Positions 56,133 to 64,000 of a DNA stretch of 64,000 bases are shown piece after piece. The notes beneath the pieces are model-generated. The model was given only the letters and a program-made list of their open reading frames with translations. It had not been told where the DNA came from and did no database searches. Source of the stretch: Eledone cirrhosa (taxonomy: Eukaryota); contig OZ024740.1 of the NCBI GenBank assembly GCA_964016885.1, positions 155,744,001 to 155,808,000 of the forward strand. Direction: 5' to 3'. Position 1 is the stretch's first letter. Each line of letters starts with the position of its first letter. The position numbers and the translations under genes were made by a program.

Positions 56133-56210
56133 TATATATATATATATTTAAATATATATATTTATATATATATATTTATATATATATATTTATATATATA
56201 TATTTATATA
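55558..56210. repeat. Long imperfect (TA)n/(TTTA) microsatellite
   Basis: Read directly. One of many TA tracts in the window. Confidence 0.95.
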
Positions 56211-56216
56211 GAAGTT

Positions 56217-56612
56217 GTCACTTCTCTGTTTTTAGCCTTAGAAAAAATATATATGCGTGTGTAAATAATTACATGCATACATTTATTTTTTAAAATTAAT
56301 TGAGTTCTTGACACGTGGAATTGATAATAGTTTTGAAATAACTAATTAACCCGCGTGTATTAAATATTTTACTCTTAATTTGGCCAGAGATTTACATTCC
56401 CAATCGCCTTTTAAAGCGTAACTTTCCGTATTTACTGCGGTTATGAGATACGGTTTGTTATTTGGTATCACTTCTGTTTTTAGCCTAAGAAAATATCTAT
56501 ATGCGTGTGTAATTAATACACGCATACATTCATTTTTTAAATTTCAATTGAGTTCTTAACACGTTGGATTGATAATGTTTTTGAAAAAACTAATTAACCC
56601 ACGTGTTTATTA
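56217..56612. repeat. Tandem duplication, ~250 bp period
   Basis: tcacttct..gtttttagcct...actaattaaccc.cgtgt occurs twice. Confidence 0.8.
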
Positions 56613-57327
56613 TTTTCTTTTCTCGTGAATCGTGGTTGTCTCCCTTTCCCGCTTCGTGACGCTATGAAACTTCCTCAGTCAAAAGACTGCTGGAATTTCA
56701 AATTTGGCGGTCATTCGATGCGTGAAGGAGCAGCTTAGCAGACACGATTTTTAACTGCGGTAAGAATTTTTTCTTATATCAAAGTTTAATGGGCTTCCAC
56801 TGAAGATTTATAAGTGCCCACCTAAATATATTCTTACATGAATATATGTTAGGCTTCTACATAAACTGGAAACATTCTCCCAATTTGTAGAAAACTTATA
56901 ATGAAACAATTGTTTGGAAAGAGAGATATATTTTAACTTTAATTATATCTCATAAAATAATACAACTGGCTTTCCACAAAATACATATACTTAGCACCCC
57001 AAACACTTAAATTGGGTTTATACTAACATATAACCTAATGTTTGTTGAGTGAGATGGTTACCAGTCGGAGTTTAGCTTTAAGCTATCTCTGTTATTGTAT
57101 TAAATATATTTATATATATATATTTATATATATATATTTATAGATAGATAGATAAATATACACGGGTGTCTATGATTGTGTATAGAATATTATATTAATA
57201 AGAGTAATTCCAACTTTGTCTGATTTACTCGTTTTATTTACAATCCTTTAAAATTTACAATGGTATTATAATGAAATAGTATGATAGAATATTAAATGTT
57301 AATAAACTTGACTGTCACCACACATTA

Positions 57328-57366
57328 TGAACCTGAAGATTGCGAAAGCATGAAAGTACTTGTTCA
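57328..57366 (+). ncRNA. Minimal type I hammerhead ribozyme with palindromic stem III (Penelope-type)
   Basis: tgaac-CTGAAGA-t-tgc-gaaa-gca-t-GAAA-gtac-TT-gttca, with intact core. It sits between inverted arms 57190-57303 and 57372-57485. Confidence 0.75.
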
Positions 57367-57478
57367 ATTAACAATTAACATTTAATATTCTATCATACTA
57401 TTTCATTATAATACCATTATAAATTTTAAAGGATTGTAAATAAAACGGGTAAATTAGACAAAGTTGGAATTCCTCTTA

Positions 57479-57551
<73 letters not shown>

Positions 57552-57638
57552 TATATAACGGAGGAAATGTGCTAAGGAACCAGGTGGACCATAACGCACC
57601 AAAGTAATCAATACTTAGGGTAGTAGAGTGGGTAATAG

Positions 57639-57759
57639 GAACGAGTAGGACCCCGACGGCTGAGCTCAAGCCGTTTCGACGGCTAATTTCGACGGCTAAT
57701 TTAGTCCAGAATTAGCCGTCGAAACGGCTTGAGCTCAGCCGTCGGGGTTCTACTCGTTC
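57639..57759. repeat. GC-rich palindrome containing the 3' half of a hammerhead
   Basis: gaacgagtag.accccgacggctgagctcaagccgtttcgacggctaatt is followed by its reverse complement. Confidence 0.85.
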
Positions 57760-58295
<536 letters not shown>

Positions 58296-58337
58296 TTACA
58301 TATTTCACAATGCTTCAAGCAAACTTTAACACCCTCT

Positions 58338-58369
<32 letters not shown>

Positions 58370-60574
58370 TTGTCGGGGAGAAGTGTGTCCTTAATGATGA
58401 TGGTGTACTTGCCATCACTGACGCTGATAAGAAGGTAGCTTGGAAGTGTCACTACGAAAGGCTACTAAATGAGGAGAATAAATGGGAGAAAGACAGTCTC
58501 CTCCACATCGATCCAATAGAGGGACCAGCAGTGTTAGTCGAAGGTAGTATAATAAGTAAGGCAATCAAAGATATGAAAACGGGTAAGGCGGCTGGGCCTT
58601 CGGAAATAGTTGCTGAAATGCTGAAAGCTTCTGGAACGGTGGGACACATCATGGTCACCCGGATAGTAAACCAAGTCATACACAATGGGGTTGTTCCAAA
58701 GGACTGGCGTAGCAGCATCATCATTAACTGCTACAAGGGTAAAGGAGATGCCCTAGATAGGAATAACTATAGAAGCATTAAATTAATCGACCAAGTCATG
58801 AAGGTCACAGAAAAAGTAATAGCGCAACTAATCAGAGAGAGAATTGATCTATATGAAATGCATTTCGGGTTTGTGTCAGGTAAAAGTAGCACAGACGCTC
58901 TTTTCATTGTACGACAACTACAGGAGAAGTACCTAGCTAAAAGTAAACCCCTATACTTAGCTTTTGTCGACTTGGAGAAAGCCTTTGACAGAGTCCCCCG
59001 TTCCATTATCTGGTGGGCGCTTAGAAAACTAGATGTAGATGAATGGCTTGTGAGAGCTATATATAAGCCATGTATAAAGAAACAGTCAGCAAGGTTAGAA
59101 TCAACAACGAATATAGTGAAGAGTTTAGCGTAAAAGTTGGTGTTCATCAAGGCTCCGTTCTTAGCCCCCTACTATTTATTATTGCCCTTCAGGCTATAAC
59201 AGTGGAGTTCAAGACCGGCTGCCCATGGGAAATCCTATACGCAGATGATCTAACGCTCATAGCTGAATCAATGGCCGAACTAGAGAAGAAATTCCAAACA
59301 TGGAAGCATGGCCTAGAATCAAAAGGCCTTAAAATTAACCTGTCTAAGACTAAAGTTCTAGTTTGTAGGAAAAAAATAGGGTACCGGTCCCATCCGGGAA
59401 ATGGCCATGCTCAGTGTGTAGGAAAGGAGTAGGCAGAAACTCCATTTTATGTCCCAAATGCAAAGTATGGGTGCATAAAAGATGTAGTGGGATCACAGGT
59501 AAGCTAACTAAGAACATAGATTTTATATGTGGCCGGTGCTCTGGTGCAATAAGTAGCAGCAAGTGCCCAAAGAATACTAGCTCATTCCATTTCACAGATG
59601 GTTCTATAGAAATAGTGGACACCTTCCGTTACTTGGGTAACAAAATCAGCAGTGGGGGAGGGTGCTCTGAAAGTACAGTAGCTAGAGTCAGAACTGGATG
59701 GAAAAAGTTCAGAGAGCTTATACCACTATTGGCCGCTAAAGGGTTCTCTCTAAAAATGAAAGGCAGGCTGTATGATGCCTGCATACGAACAGCAATGTTA
59801 CATAGCAGTGAGACCTGGGCATTGTGTGCAGAGGATATACGCAGACTGGAGAGGAACGAAGCTTGCATGCTCCGCTGGATGTGTAATAGTAATATACGTG
59901 AACGGCTAAGCATAAACGAACTAAGGGAGAAATTAGAAATAAGAGGGTTCAGATGTTGTTTACTCGAGAGAAGACTACGTTGGTATGGTCACGTGATGCG
60001 CATGAAAGACGACAACTGTATAAAAAAGTGCAGGGCAATAAAAATAGGCGGTAGCCAAGGAGTAGGCAGACCCAGAAAAACCTGGGACGACTTGATAAAT
60101 TCCGACCTCACACACTTACACCTCTCCAAAACAATGTCACTGGACCGAGATCTTTGGCGCTACACAGTAATACAGAAGACCCGCCTTACCTAAGTATAAA
60201 GTGAAACCTACTACAGTCAGTAGGCACCTCTAACAAAATACACCCCCGTCCCACTACCCCCACCCCCATCCACACCACCCCTTTCAATGTAAAGTTATAT
60301 TGGTACCACAACATCCAGGCCGAAACAAATGAGGTCGTGTAGGTGTCACGACAAAAAAACACACAGTCCACGCTGTAATGTGGCCGTGTAGGCAACACGG
60401 TAAAAACCTCCCAGTCCACACTGTAAACGTGGTTGGTGTTAGGAAGGGCATCCGGCTGTAGAAAACCCGCCAGACAGTCCTATGCGTGCAAGACAACCAC
60501 TCTTGCCTCAAGTGGGAAAACTCCCGTCCAAACCCATGCAAGCGTGGAAGATGGACGTTAAACGATGATGATGA

Positions 60575-60580
<6 letters not shown>
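58370..60580 (+). mobile_element. RTE LINE 3' part (RT + PHD-like finger + 3' UTR), two frameshifts
   Basis: ORFs 58531-59133, 59070-59432 and 59414-60193 contain FVDLEKAFDRV, GVHQGSVLSP, YADDL, CPKCKVWVHKRC..CGRC, GRPRKTW. Ends in a (gat)n tail. Confidence 0.92.
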
Positions 60581-63150
<2,570 letters not shown>

Positions 63151-63349
63151 TCCAATAAATATTTATTTTTTCACTTCATCTTAAAAGTTACGCTAGTACA
63201 ACAACCTATCACTTAGGGCTTTCTCTTTCTCTTTCTCTTTCTTTTTTCTTTTTTCTTCTCTTTCTTTTTCTCTTTTCTTATTTTCCTCTTAGAGTTTGTT
63301 CTTTTTTCTCTTTTTTCTCTTTCTCTTTTTTCTCTTTTTCTTTTCTTTC

Positions 63350-64000
63350 CCTTTTTTCCATACTTCAACGGCTTATTTTAAATGTACTGTGATTTTAACA
63401 TACCCGACACTAATTTGCATAATAGACTAAATCAATTTAATAACCCCACTATCCGGGAGCTTCCAACAGAAATGGTTGTATTCTCTAAGGGTATGTCAAT
63501 ATTTATTTATAAAACTGATCTATATTATATTTTATCTGATGAAAGCGCACCCTAATTTAACTTGGTGTCCTTGAAATATGTATAATGAAATAAATATGGT
63601 TTTATAAATATAGTTTCCATTTGTTAATATATCGTATTTTTACTCCAATAATTTGTTGAGTGCTTTATATCAGTTAAAAAAATATTTGTTTGTTGTATCC
63701 CAACAATTTAAATAGAACTTCTACATATATTCTGCTCCCTTATTGTCGAGCGCTTTATATTATAACTAAAAAATAATGGAATTCTTTAAGATCTCTTCTT
63801 CTCTAAAGGACATACCTATACCTAGGAATAAAGACTTTATTAAACAATTAATAGAAAAATCAGACTCTTTTATAAGAAGAATCAGGTGGCGTGCTTTCCA
63901 CTTTGATAAATCTGATGTAAAAGAGAATGTTTCCAATCTTGATAAAATCTTCAAATCTACCCCCCCCCCCCCCCAACAAACTACTAATGGATTTTGAAAA
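63350..64000 (+). mobile_element. 5' end of a Penelope-like element (probably Naiad-type), with an upstream hammerhead-like motif
   Basis: ORF 63776-63997 reads SLKDIPIPRNKDFIKQLIEKSDSFIRRIRWRAFHF..FKS..PP, resembling the SxKNIPIP...KRMRWKA N-terminus of PLE proteins. CTGATGA-stem II-GAAA at 63536-63576. Confidence 0.6.

Overview
AT-rich, intron-containing animal genomic DNA, not prokaryotic. A coleoid cephalopod such as Octopus is inferred from the repeat landscape. The only confident host gene is the 3' end of CSDE1/UNR: a last cold-shock-domain exon at 34-197 and a terminal SUZ-C exon at 6549-6699. Its intron holds a CR1/L2-type LINE broken by a single nonsense codon. The rest of the window is mostly decayed transposons: several RTE-clade LINE families (one with a PHD-like finger inside ORF2, one with three C-terminal C2H2 fingers), SINEs sharing 5' and 3' modules with those LINEs, a deleted mariner, a Merlin transposon, a Chapaev3-like fragment, a Helitron-like element, a Tx1/L1 fragment and a small non-autonomous LTR element. 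There are also many Penelope-like relics carrying hammerhead-ribozyme motifs and long palindromes. The 34.6-51 kb stretch is a satellite-rich block (~880 bp macrosatellite, telomere-like hexamers). It hides a set of paralogous minus-strand exon-like modules. All calls come from reading the sequence and recalled family motifs; no searches were run.
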